DNA of 64,000 nt from a bacterium (GTDB lineage Bacteria; Patescibacteriota; Minisyncoccia; Phycocordibacterales; CALRBL01): positions 4,468-68,467 of the forward strand of contig JAIYEG010000006.1 of NCBI GenBank assembly GCA_027487075.1, given 5' to 3'. Below, in pieces: positions 1-8,714 of the stretch. The notes under the pieces are model-generated. The model was not told where the DNA came from. It made no database searches and saw only the letters and a program-made list of their open reading frames with translations. A program made the position numbers and the translations under genes. The first letter of the stretch is position 1, and each line of letters starts with the position of its first letter.

Positions 1-64
1 TAGGAATCGAACCTACGACCATCTCCTTAAAAGGGAGCCGCTCTACCGACTGAGCTACGGGCGC
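1..64 (-). tRNA. tRNA-Lys(UUU), 3' end cut by window edge
   Basis: Reverse complement GCGCCCGTAGCTCAGTCGGTAGAGC...CTCC-CTTTTAA-GGAG...GGTTCGATTCC. Confidence 0.93.
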
Positions 65-110
65 AATAACACACAAGAAGTGCGCGTGAATGCCACTTTA
101 TCACAAAAAT

Positions 111-524
111 TTATAGCGGCAAATCAAATGCAAAAGGTCCTGCACCAGTGAGAAGTAGCGAAAGTGCAATCACGAGAAGAAGGGTGAGTTCGGCGCGTGC
201 GATCTCGTTGGTGAGGCGAGCGCGCTTGTCGAAGATAGATGCACACATAAGAATGGCGATGATGAGTGCAAATATTTGGGTATAGAGACCAATAAGAAGA
301 AACACTCCAGCAATAATGAAAGCGCTGCGATACGTCATTTCACCAACAGTGAGCTCTTTTTTGACTTCAGCGACGGATCCTTCACCAGCAATAATACGGA
401 CATTCTTATGATGAGCAGAAAAGCCAATAGCAATCACATAAATGGCAAGAACACAGCGAAGTAAGAGGGGCGCATAAAAAGAAAAATCGAGTAATTCGGG
501 GAAGGGTGTGACAAACGTAGGCAT
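111..524 (-). CDS. DoxX-like membrane protein
   Basis: Hydrophobic helices, C-terminal GAGPFAFD motif; start at 524 chosen because TATACT lies 6 nt upstream. Confidence 0.65.
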   Translation of the reverse strand: MPTFVTPFPELLDFSFYAPLLLRCVLAIYVIAIGFSAHHKNVRIIAGEGSVAEVKKELTVGEMTYRSAFIIAGVFLLIGLYTQIFALIIAILMCASIFDKRARLTNEIARAELTLLLVIALSLLLTGAGPFAFDLPL

Positions 525-542
525 GATGCTAGTATACGGCAC

Positions 543-1025
543 ATGGTGAAAAACTCAATCAAACTCGCGCTCGTACTCCATGATCTTAGAAGTGTGCAGA
601 ACGTGGCAACGCTGTTTCGCACCGCAGACTGTGCAGGTGTTTCAAAACTGTTTTTGGTGGGTACGACGCCGACACCGATAGATCGTTTCAAGCGGTTGCG
701 TGGCGACTTTGCCAAAATTTCCCTAGGCGCTGAAACGACGGTGCCTTATGAATATGTTGCGACGATTGATGAACTCATGGAGAAATTTAAAGAAGAGGGC
801 TATCAGCTTGTTGCGCTTGAACAGAGTAAAGAGTCGATCGACTACAAGACATTTGCCCCAACAGGGAATGTGGCACTCATGGTGGGGAATGAAGTTTCAG
901 GTGTTCCGCACGATGTGCTTACTCAGTGCGATCAGGTGATAGAGATACCTATGATGGGTACAAAGGAGTCACTCAATGTTTCAATTGCTGCGGCTGTTGC
1001 GGTGTTTCGCGTGATGAATATTTAG
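543..1025 (+). CDS. TrmH/SpoU-family RNA methyltransferase
   Basis: SPOUT motifs NVATLFRTADC, VGNEVSG, IPMMGTKESLNVS. Confidence 0.92.
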   Translation: MVKNSIKLALVLHDLRSVQNVATLFRTADCAGVSKLFLVGTTPTPIDRFKRLRGDFAKISLGAETTVPYEYVATIDELMEKFKEEGYQLVALEQSKESIDYKTFAPTGNVALMVGNEVSGVPHDVLTQCDQVIEIPMMGTKESLNVSIAAAVAVFRVMNI

Positions 1026-1194
1026 GATGGTGATAGAATGGGTGGCGAATGAAAATCCTCATGCTCCTTTTAGGTGCTCAGTCACCAAAGCCAAAAAAAG
1101 AGAAACCTCCCAAAACGGACCCACCGCTCGCGGACTAGTCATCTTAAGCAGAACGTCATGCCCCCCGTCCGCTCGTCGGATGGGGGTTCATGTT

Positions 1195-2127
1195 TTATCG
1201 ATACAACACCTGATGGGTGTCACAAAAATGTCCGCTTCGTCCGCGAATTACTTTGCGTTTGATGGCGCCTTTGCATCCACGCTTCAGACAGGTAGTGCCG
1301 GTGCGTCGATATGCCTGATGATGTTCTTGGAACTCACCGCGCTCACCATCGAGATTGCGATAGTCCGACATAGAGTCGCCACCAAAATCAATACCTTTCT
1401 TCAGTGTTTCTTTCATGGCGGTATACATAAGCTCGACATTTTTCTTTGGAATCTTGGCAAACACCGACTCGGGGTGTACGTGTGCGCGCCACAACATCTC
1501 ATCGGAATAAATATTGCCAATACCCGCAATGAGCCCCTGATCCATGAGCGCGCTCTTTATCGGAGTGTGAGGTCGACGTGAAAGACGCTCGATAAATTTT
1601 TTGAGGGTGAACGAGGGAAGGAGAGGTTCGGGTCCGAGATGTGCGGTGTGAAGCGATGCCTCAAGGTCTTCGGTGGGTATGAGGGTGACTTTTGCAAACT
1701 TACGCATATCAGAAAGTGCGAGGTGGGTGGTGGCACCGCCTTTGCTTAAGGTAAATACTAAATGGATATGGCGATTGAAGGGGTCTTTCAGAGGTCCATC
1801 TTCAGTCGGTGTCCATGGATCTTTCTTTTTTGCGGCGTCGAACGCATACGTGCCATAGAGAAGGTGGCCGGTCATTTTCATGTGAATGAGGAGGGTGTAG
1901 TTGTTCGAAAGATGAATGAAAATGTTTTTCGCGCGACGATCAACTCCGATAATCTTGGCTACTCTTACCAGCGAAGCAAACACGTCAAAGTATGCAGCAT
2001 TTTTGATGTTCTCTTTTCCTTTATGAAAGCTGCTTCCGTAGTCAGTCCAACAGTCGGTAATAGTAGAGCCGACTACGTAACGACGCAGTCCTCGGACAGT
2101 AGTTTCGACTTCTGGTAATTCTGGCAT
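1195..2127 (-). CDS. mutM: Formamidopyrimidine-DNA glycosylase
   Basis: N-terminal MPELPEVET, H2TH GIGNIYSDE, C-terminal zinc-finger-like region. Confidence 0.95.
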   Translation of the reverse strand: MPELPEVETTVRGLRRYVVGSTITDCWTDYGSSFHKGKENIKNAAYFDVFASLVRVAKIIGVDRRAKNIFIHLSNNYTLLIHMKMTGHLLYGTYAFDAAKKKDPWTPTEDGPLKDPFNRHIHLVFTLSKGGATTHLALSDMRKFAKVTLIPTEDLEASLHTAHLGPEPLLPSFTLKKFIERLSRRPHTPIKSALMDQGLIAGIGNIYSDEMLWRAHVHPESVFAKIPKKNVELMYTAMKETLKKGIDFGGDSMSDYRNLDGERGEFQEHHQAYRRTGTTCLKRGCKGAIKRKVIRGRSGHFCDTHQVLYR

Positions 2128-2148
2128 ATGATGGAGCATATCATAGCT

Positions 2149-3015
2149 ATGAAATCCACTCACATTCTGTTTATTACGTGCATCATTGTGCTCATCGCAA
2201 TGTGGCCACTCGTGACGAAAGATGGATCGATAAATACGTTGAATCAAGGTCAGACGAACTCAGGTCAAAAAATCAAACTTCTCATTGTCCCTGGCCACGA
2301 ACCCAATGATGGTGGTGCCATATATCTTGATCGCAAAGAGCGCGACATGGTGCTCATACTTTCGCGAGAGCTTCAGCAGCTGTTTGCGACAGATAAGCGA
2401 TTTGAGGTGATGGTCGCTCGCGATGAGTCTGGCTTCACGCCGACATTTCAATCGTATTTTGATGCCAATGCAGATACTATTAAGTTGTGGCAAGCGCAGA
2501 AGAAAAAAGAGACAGTCGAACTCATCACATCAGGTACTCTTAAGGAGATAAAAGAAATTGAGCACAATCGTGCGTCTGATGTAGCAGCTCTGCATCTGTA
2601 TGGCATCAATAAATGGCTCAATGATCAGCGTTATGATCTCGTGGTACATCTTCATATCAATGATGATAATCGCAAGAAGCGAAAAACTCCGGGGAAGTAC
2701 AAAGGTTTCTCAATATACATACCCGAAAAGCAATTCACTGCATCAGCGAAGTCTCGCATGGTGGCTGAATCAATTAAAAAAGAGTTAGAGCAACACTTCG
2801 CAACAAGCACACTTGCATCAGAGAAGGGGACAGTCCTTGAATCGCAAAAACTTATTGCAACAGGTCGCTATCAAACACTCGATATTCCGTCGGTGCTCAT
2901 TGAGTATGGGTATATCTACGAACCTCACTTTGAGAGGGGTGCGTTTGAACAGGGTGTAGCACAGCAGATGGCAGAAGACACGTATCGTGGCATTACGAAC
3001 GTCCTATTTCCTTGA
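2149..3015 (+). CDS. N-acetylmuramoyl-L-alanine amidase (Amidase_3), membrane anchored
   Basis: N-terminal TM; VPGH, E, HLHIN and SVLIEYGY zinc-amidase motifs; start could be 2128. Confidence 0.85.
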   Translation: MKSTHILFITCIIVLIAMWPLVTKDGSINTLNQGQTNSGQKIKLLIVPGHEPNDGGAIYLDRKERDMVLILSRELQQLFATDKRFEVMVARDESGFTPTFQSYFDANADTIKLWQAQKKKETVELITSGTLKEIKEIEHNRASDVAALHLYGINKWLNDQRYDLVVHLHINDDNRKKRKTPGKYKGFSIYIPEKQFTASAKSRMVAESIKKELEQHFATSTLASEKGTVLESQKLIATGRYQTLDIPSVLIEYGYIYEPHFERGAFEQGVAQQMAEDTYRGITNVLFP

Positions 3016-3574
3016 GTGCTTGCTTGATCATGTCTTCAGTGCCAAGGTCTTTGTCCATTTTTTTCACCGCATCTCGTGCCTCACGTTCATCAAAACCGAG
3101 TGACTTAAGTGCTTCGACAGCAAGTGCTTCTTTGGTGACGTCTTTTCCTGAAGGGGTAGGACCGTAATCGTCTTTGAATTTTCCTTTGAGCTCAAGTACG
3201 ATTTTTTCCGCACTCTTTTTGCCAATCCCTGACACTTTAGTGAGGTATGAAATGTCTTCACTTACAATAGCTTCACGGAGCGTGTGTGCTGATGCGAGGC
3301 CGAGGATGCCAAGAGCAGACTTTGGTCCAATCCCTGAGACGGTGATGAGAAGTTCGAACATGTCGAGAGTTTCTTGGTTTTTGAAGCCGTAGAGGTCGAG
3401 AGCAGTTTCGCGTACGGCAAGATAGGTGAAAAGGGAAACCTGTTGACCAATATTGCCCGCGAGAGCTTCGAGACACTCGCCTCCAACATAGACTTTATAG
3501 CCAACACCCGCTACGTCGATAATAGCTGCCTTGAGGTCCAGATGGATAAGTGTCCCAGAAATGCGTGAAATCAT
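2993..3574 (-). CDS. ruvA: Holliday junction branch migration protein RuvA
   Basis: MISRISG start, GVGY, LYGF, two HhH motifs (VSGIGPKSA, VSGIGKKSAE). Confidence 0.95.
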   Translation of the reverse strand: MISRISGTLIHLDLKAAIIDVAGVGYKVYVGGECLEALAGNIGQQVSLFTYLAVRETALDLYGFKNQETLDMFELLITVSGIGPKSALGILGLASAHTLREAIVSEDISYLTKVSGIGKKSAEKIVLELKGKFKDDYGPTPSGKDVTKEALAVEALKSLGFDEREARDAVKKMDKDLGTEDMIKQALKEIGRS

Positions 3575-3614
3575 TGTGGTCACATTATAGCGTAAAAGAC
3601 CAAGTAGTAAGAGG

Positions 3615-3729
3615 GCTTCTCTGAGATGTTCTTCCGTAAGGAGACTTGCGAGGCTCGACGGAGTGAGCACGAGGAATTTTCTAGTAAGAAAATATCCGTG
3701 CTCCTGGAGGAAGAATATATCAGAGAAGC
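3615..3729 (+). repeat. Structured intergenic repeat family I, copy A
   Basis: Core GCTC-GACG-GAGT GAGCACGAGGA ATTTTCT-AGTA-AGAAAAT ATCCGTG within long inverted arms. Confidence 0.85.
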
Positions 3730-3775
3730 TGGTTAATACTTTGCATTCTTATGCTTTATGTGGTAATTTCTCCCT

Positions 3776-4039
3776 ATGCCAATTACATCATCAGCTAAAA
3801 AGGCGCTCCGATCTTCAAAGCGCAAGCGAATCGTCAATCTCGCTGCCAAGGAAAAGTATGCAAAGGCAGTGAAGACGGTGAAAAAGCTTGTCGTAGCAAA
3901 GACCAAGGAGGGAACAAAAGAAGCGCTTTCTCTTGCCTATAAGGCACTCGATAAAGCAGCTAAGAAGGGGGTGATCAAGAAGAACACCGCTTCTCGCCGA
4001 AAGGCTCGCCTTGCTAAAGCAATCAAGAAGCTTAGCTAA
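3776..4039 (+). CDS. rpsT: 30S ribosomal protein S20
   Basis: MPITSSAKKALR...LDKAAKKGVIKKNTASRRKARL. Confidence 0.97.
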   Translation: MPITSSAKKALRSSKRKRIVNLAAKEKYAKAVKTVKKLVVAKTKEGTKEALSLAYKALDKAAKKGVIKKNTASRRKARLAKAIKKLS

Positions 4040-4052
4040 TACGTGCATCGCA

Positions 4053-4097
4053 CATCAAAAAACCGCCCTTAGCATAGCTTCGGCGGTTTTTTGATGT
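4053..4097. terminator. Bidirectional intrinsic terminator
   Basis: CATCAAAAAACCGCC...GGCGGTTTTTTGATG between convergent genes. Confidence 0.8.
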
Positions 4098-4113
4098 TGA
4101 GTTGAGATTTTCT

Positions 4114-4674
4114 TTACTTCTTGGTGAAGATTGCCTGAGGAGCAGCTTTTTTAGTATTTGGCTGGAGTTTGTCCCACATCACAGTGACGTGTTTATCGTC
4201 GGTTCGAGTGAGAGTAAAAAGAGTATCTCCTTTGGTAAATTTTTTAGTGGTATTCGATCCAAGTACTGAGTTGTCGTAGGTATCGAAGGTCACTTTATAT
4301 GTTCCATCGTCTTGTGTTTCAAGAATAGTGGTGAAGCGGAGTTGGGTCTGGAAGCCGTCGACTTTCATGTAGCCTCGGACAGGGTCGGTGTCGGCGGTAA
4401 TGTCATAAGAGTATTGCCATCGCTGAGTAGGGCTCGCTGATTCATCAAAGTAGTAGGTACCAAATTGTGTTGCTTCAGAGTCGGCGGGAAGTTTTGATTG
4501 GGGGTGAGTCATAGGCACCTGCACCATTGAAGTTTCTTCGATATAGTAGGTCGACATTGCACGGACTTGCTCATACTGTACGCCGATACAGAAACAGAGA
4601 GTGGGGATGACACCGAGAGCAAAAATAATCCACATCAGTTTTGAATACCAGGTAACTTCGTTGAGTTTGATCAT
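4114..4674 (-). CDS. Hypothetical membrane-anchored protein
   Basis: One N-terminal TM helix followed by a beta-rich domain. Confidence 0.7.
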   Translation of the reverse strand: MIKLNEVTWYSKLMWIIFALGVIPTLCFCIGVQYEQVRAMSTYYIEETSMVQVPMTHPQSKLPADSEATQFGTYYFDESASPTQRWQYSYDITADTDPVRGYMKVDGFQTQLRFTTILETQDDGTYKVTFDTYDNSVLGSNTTKKFTKGDTLFTLTRTDDKHVTVMWDKLQPNTKKAAPQAIFTKK

Positions 4675-4700
4675 GTTTGTAATATAACATGATTTTATGT

Positions 4701-4809
4701 GCGGTGCTCTACGAGGCATCCATCGCTCCTTACAGGAGCAGTACCCCGATTGGATACTCTGCTTCGGCTCGAATACTCGCCTCGCATAGTATGCTCAATT
4801 TATTCGCTG
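4701..4809 (-). repeat. tRNA-trailer element family II, copy after tRNA-Arg(GCG)
   Basis: Minus strand TTGAGCAT...ATCCAATCGGGGTACTGCTCCT-GTA-AGGAGC; motif shared with 11345 and 14794. Confidence 0.75.
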
Positions 4810-4881
4810 TGCTCTCGGCAGGAATCGAACCTGCATTACAACTTCCGCAAAGTTGCGTCCTATCCATTGAACGACGAAAGC
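4810..4881 (-). tRNA. tRNA-Arg(GCG)
   Basis: Cloverleaf; anticodon arm CAACT-TTGCGGA-AGTTG. Confidence 0.92.
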
Positions 4882-4910
4882 ATATGACTAACGGTACTCG
4901 GCACTATACA

Positions 4911-5384
4911 CTAAAATCCGAGCCATTCAAGTACTCGGTGACCGAGACTTTCCATGTGTTCACCCTCCTCGAGGAAGATAGAAAGATATTCACGAACATC
5001 CTCAGGGTGTACTTCGGCGATAGGGATTACGATGAGGGGCATCAATGATTTCTTTGATTTGATAAAGATTTTTGCAAAGGTGCCGATGTCAGTTTCGTGA
5101 GTTTCGATATCAAATGATTCGAGGGTTTTGTAAGGGTAGAAGGTGCGATCAATCTTGACTCCGCGCTCGTTCAACGTGATTTTTACCAGTTTTGGTTCAT
5201 GATGGTGTGCATGAACAGCGAGTGAGATTGCCGCTACGATGACGAGAAGTGCAAAAATTGCATTTCCAAATATGATTGATGCCCCCGCAATCGCAAGACT
5301 GATAACAAAGAGTGCCCAATACCAATCGGGGGTCTTTGGTTCATGAAGGTACTCGTACGCTTGCCATGTAATCGAAGATTCCAT
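4911..5384 (-). CDS. Hypothetical membrane protein (2 TM plus soluble domain)
   Basis: WQAYEY..KTPDWYW followed by two TM helices. Confidence 0.75.
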   Translation of the reverse strand: MESSITWQAYEYLHEPKTPDWYWALFVISLAIAGASIIFGNAIFALLVIVAAISLAVHAHHHEPKLVKITLNERGVKIDRTFYPYKTLESFDIETHETDIGTFAKIFIKSKKSLMPLIVIPIAEVHPEDVREYLSIFLEEGEHMESLGHRVLEWLGF

Positions 5385-5438
5385 ACCGTAAGTATATACT
5401 ATGACTCTCACGTTCGAAAGCGTGTTAACATATAATCA

Positions 5439-6227
5439 ATGAAAAAAATAATTCTAGGAGCACTATTCACACTCCTTGGTATAGGCTCTTTGTTTGTATA
5501 TGAGCGTAATAAAGAACTACTCTATAGTAGTAAGAGTAAGGAATATTTTTTTCATGAGCAAATCAAGAGAGAGGATAATGTTTTTTATCTGGTGTTTAAC
5601 AGTATGGGTCAGCACATTGCTTCAGCTCTTGGTATCCACAAAGAAGTCATTCTTCTCCCTATACCGTTCAAGAGGCAAGAGAATGCACTTACCTGTGAAA
5701 TAGCTTCTTTGCGTATGGCTTTGAGTTATGTTGGTGTTGAGGTAACCGAAAAAGAATTGGTAGATCGCATAGCATATAGCGCTACTACCTCGAAAAGTCA
5801 TTTAAATGTGTGGGGGGATCCTCAGAAAGGTTTTGTGGGAGATGTGAATGGTTCAGTGATGCTCGGTACGGGATACGGAGTATATAATAAGCCCATAAGA
5901 GATCTAGCCCTTAACTATCATCATGCAGAAATAATGGAAGAGCCGACCATTGAAAACCTGCTTACGAATACACAACAAGGAAGACCTGTGATCGTGTGGG
6001 GTATCAGTAAAAGTAGAACTCCTATTTACTGGTTTTCGTACGAAGGTGATCTTATAAAAGCATGGAGAGGAGAGCATGCTCGGGTTGTTATGGGGTATGT
6101 GGGAACTATGACAAATCCAACCCACATTGTTTTAATGGATCCTTTGTATGGAAAAGTAAAAATAAACACTGCTCAATTTATTGAGGACTGGGCAAGATTA
6201 GATTATATGGCGGTGGTGGTGGGGTAA
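5439..6227 (+). CDS. C39-like cysteine peptidase, membrane anchored
   Basis: Q..LTCEIAS (Cys), EHARV (His), MDP (Asp). Confidence 0.8.
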   Translation: MKKIILGALFTLLGIGSLFVYERNKELLYSSKSKEYFFHEQIKREDNVFYLVFNSMGQHIASALGIHKEVILLPIPFKRQENALTCEIASLRMALSYVGVEVTEKELVDRIAYSATTSKSHLNVWGDPQKGFVGDVNGSVMLGTGYGVYNKPIRDLALNYHHAEIMEEPTIENLLTNTQQGRPVIVWGISKSRTPIYWFSYEGDLIKAWRGEHARVVMGYVGTMTNPTHIVLMDPLYGKVKINTAQFIEDWARLDYMAVVVG

Positions 6228-6231
6228 CGCT

Positions 6232-6855
6232 TTAATTTTTGTAAGAACTCAAAATAAGCGCTTTATCTTTTTTATATTTTTCAACAAGTGCGAGCTCTGT
6301 TGCGGTGAGAGGGATTGCCTCACCATAGCAAGAGACATGTTCAGGTAAGTCTCCAAGATTGTTGAATGCATCAGCTAGTGCGGTAAATGTAGAACCCTCT
6401 AAGCCTTCAGAGACAATGTCTGCAATTCGTTCAGGATAGTTTGTGGTAACCCACTCACAGAATTCTTTGCTCAACATTTTCTTTATCACAATTCCTTTGG
6501 GTACATTCTCATCAAGAAGGGGGTCAGATATGCGGACTTCACACAGTGCGCTGAGTGTATCGCTGGGATTGAGTGAGTCTGAAAGATTGGTAATTGCCCA
6601 GACGAGATGTCTATTAAGCTCTTCCATCTTTCGTTCGCCTTCGAGGGTGAGCGTGTGTTCTTTTGTGGGAGGTTCGATTCTGTCGTATACGGCGTATTCT
6701 TCGGTGAGAGGTCTTGTCGAAAGTTTACCATCTTGTGGAGGAGTAAGTTTTTCAGCAAGCACTCCCGCGCCAAACGCGAGAGCAGCAACCATGCCGTAAT
6801 TAAGACGACTCACGATCTCTCTGAGTTGTTCTTGATGTTTTTTAAATGATTCCAT
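6232..6855 (-). CDS. Hypothetical protein
   Basis: 207-aa ORF with a short N-terminal hydrophobic segment. Confidence 0.65.
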   Translation of the reverse strand: MESFKKHQEQLREIVSRLNYGMVAALAFGAGVLAEKLTPPQDGKLSTRPLTEEYAVYDRIEPPTKEHTLTLEGERKMEELNRHLVWAITNLSDSLNPSDTLSALCEVRISDPLLDENVPKGIVIKKMLSKEFCEWVTTNYPERIADIVSEGLEGSTFTALADAFNNLGDLPEHVSCYGEAIPLTATELALVEKYKKDKALILSSYKN

Positions 6856-6979
6856 ATATATGTGTATAAAGTTATATACGGAATAATATCATGAAGAGAG
6901 AGGTGGAGAGAATATTTGTGTTGAAGGAATGGTTAAATGTTATTGAAAAAGTAAAACCAGAATGAATGTGGCAATATAA

Positions 6980-7624
6980 CTAATTAAATAAATCCTCACA
7001 TTCCTTCTTTAATTCATAATCTGCACTGATGTTGTCACATAATTGTGAATCATTAATTTCTTTTGCAATAAAAAAATAACAAACTTCTCTGTCTTTTTTA
7101 TCGGAGAGTGTCTCACATAATGATTTGTTCCTTGTATTTATAGCAATTTTTATGTAGCAATTGTATTTAGCAGGTTCATATCCGCCAAGAGTGGGGGCAT
7201 ACTTACATAGAGATACATCATTTGTATCAGTGGCCAATTTAAAGTAGCAGTATTTTTTAGAAAATTCACCTTTGTCTCCACTTAAAGCATTTGTTTCATG
7301 AAGCAATTTTTGGCAAAGCTGAGGATTTTTTTGTGCCATAGCATCATTAAAATAGATAATACGTTGATTAATAAGGTAAAAATGAAATACGTTTATTAAT
7401 AAAGTGATTACTCCAATCGTAATTAATAAAACAAATTGTTTTCTAGTATGTAACTTTTCCAATAAAATATATACAAATGCGGCTGTGATAATCCCTCCCC
7501 ACCATGTATAACGAGCGTATTCCTCTAATGAATAGTAAACTAAAATTCTACTAATGGTCTCAAATAATAAAAATGAAGATACGAGTGAAATAATTCCAGC
7601 TGTAAAGTTTTTTTGGCTTAACAT
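6980..7624 (-). CDS. AT-rich membrane protein with Cys-rich repeats
   Basis: Three TM helices, then repeated CY...A....D..LC units. Confidence 0.7.
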   Translation of the reverse strand: MLSQKNFTAGIISLVSSFLLFETISRILVYYSLEEYARYTWWGGIITAAFVYILLEKLHTRKQFVLLITIGVITLLINVFHFYLINQRIIYFNDAMAQKNPQLCQKLLHETNALSGDKGEFSKKYCYFKLATDTNDVSLCKYAPTLGGYEPAKYNCYIKIAINTRNKSLCETLSDKKDREVCYFFIAKEINDSQLCDNISADYELKKECEDLFN

Positions 7625-7656
7625 ACTTTATTTTATTAAGTATATCAGGTAATCAG

Positions 7657-7743
7657 CGGATGGGGTGAGATTCGAACTCACGGTACCCTTGCGAGCACGA
7701 CAGTTTTCAAGACTGTTGCCTTAAACCACTCGGCCACCCATCC
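7657..7743 (-). tRNA. tRNA-Ser(UGA)
   Basis: Long variable arm; anticodon arm ACAGT-CTTGAAA-ACTGT. Confidence 0.95.
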
Positions 7744-7815
7744 GTGCAAGGCATGGTAGCAAAAAAGACGAAACAGCACAATGACGGTCTTATATATGTA
7801 TGGTAAGCTCGGTTT

Positions 7816-8211
7816 ATGAAATATCTCGGTATTGATTTTGGTGACAAACACGTAGGAGTTGCTGTCTCAAACGATGGTGGCACAATGGCGTTCCCGCTCA
7901 CGACGCTTGATGGTGGGACAGGGCTTATAGATGAGGTCTCAAAGCTCATCGAAGAAAAGGGGGTTCAAGCGGTGGTCATCGGGGAATCAAAAGATTTTCA
8001 GGGACAGGACAATAAAATTATGAAGAAAGCTCGCGTATTTGCGGAGGAGCTAGCTCAGAAAACTTCAAAAAAGGTGCCTGTCCCCATTTACTTTGAACCC
8101 GAGTTTATGACTTCAGTAGAGGCGCGACTCATTCAGGGAGGGGGAGAAAAGACGCATGCCTCGGCAGCGGCACTCATCCTCAAGAGTTATCTCGACAGAA
8201 AAAACAATTAA
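7816..8211 (+). CDS. ruvX: YqgF/RuvX family nuclease
   Basis: LGIDFGDKHVGVAVS, EFMTS, AAALIL. Confidence 0.88.
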   Translation: MKYLGIDFGDKHVGVAVSNDGGTMAFPLTTLDGGTGLIDEVSKLIEEKGVQAVVIGESKDFQGQDNKIMKKARVFAEELAQKTSKKVPVPIYFEPEFMTSVEARLIQGGGEKTHASAAALILKSYLDRKNN

Positions 8212-8226
8212 TATATAAATAGACAC

Positions 8227-8556
8227 ATGATCACTATCGACGACTTTAAAAAAGTAGAAATTAAAATTGGCACCGTAGTAAGTGCAGAAAAGGTAGAAGG
8301 GGCTGACAAGCTCATTCGTTGTATGGTGGACTTCGGCGAAGAGGCTCCACGACAGATTCTTTCGGGTATCGCTATGCATTTTCCAGATCCCTCAGTGCTC
8401 GTGGGAAAAAGTTTTCCTTATGTCACCAATCTCGAACCTCGCACGATCCGTGGTTTTGAAAGCAACGGCATGATCATGGCAGCATCAGATAGCGATGGTG
8501 GTTTTGCACTCCTTTCTCCCACTGCTCCCATCAAACCCGGAACCCTCCTCTCGTAG
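8227..8556 (+). CDS. Stand-alone tRNA-binding OB-fold protein (MetRS C-terminal/Trbp111-like)
   Basis: ITIDDFKKVEIKIG, RQILSGI, NLEPRTIRGFESNGMI. Confidence 0.88.
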   Translation: MITIDDFKKVEIKIGTVVSAEKVEGADKLIRCMVDFGEEAPRQILSGIAMHFPDPSVLVGKSFPYVTNLEPRTIRGFESNGMIMAASDSDGGFALLSPTAPIKPGTLLS

Positions 8557-8572
8557 GCAACAGATGGATTGT

Positions 8573-8697
8573 CAGCATGAAAGAGAAAGAAATACCTAAA
8601 GCAATGTGTTGCGGAGTGCTGGGCACGAGCATAGCAAATTTTTACCAGAAAATTATGCGCGCATTGCGTAGGTATTTTCTTTTTCTCTTTCATGCTG
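8573..8697 (+). repeat. Structured intergenic repeat family I, copy G (diverged)
   Basis: GTGC-TGG-GCAC GAGCATAGCA AATTTTT-ACC-AGAAAATT ATGCG inside about 25-bp inverted arms. Confidence 0.7.
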
Positions 8698-8714
8698 TGA
8701 TATAATTTCTTTCG

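Noticed and set aside
1027-1581. 184-aa plus-strand ORF and other antisense ORFs in the track
   Set aside because: Shadow frames opposite well-supported genes such as mutM, recA and rplL
2993-3670. Extended N-termini of ruvA, mutM, dcd, thyX, dut and rplJ in the ORF track
   Set aside because: Family motifs start at downstream ATGs; the extensions run into repeats or neighbouring genes
3663-3872. Similar short ORFs at 3663 and 37269-37541 (STRNFLVRKYPCS)
   Set aside because: The similarity comes from translating the family I repeat core, not from a protein family
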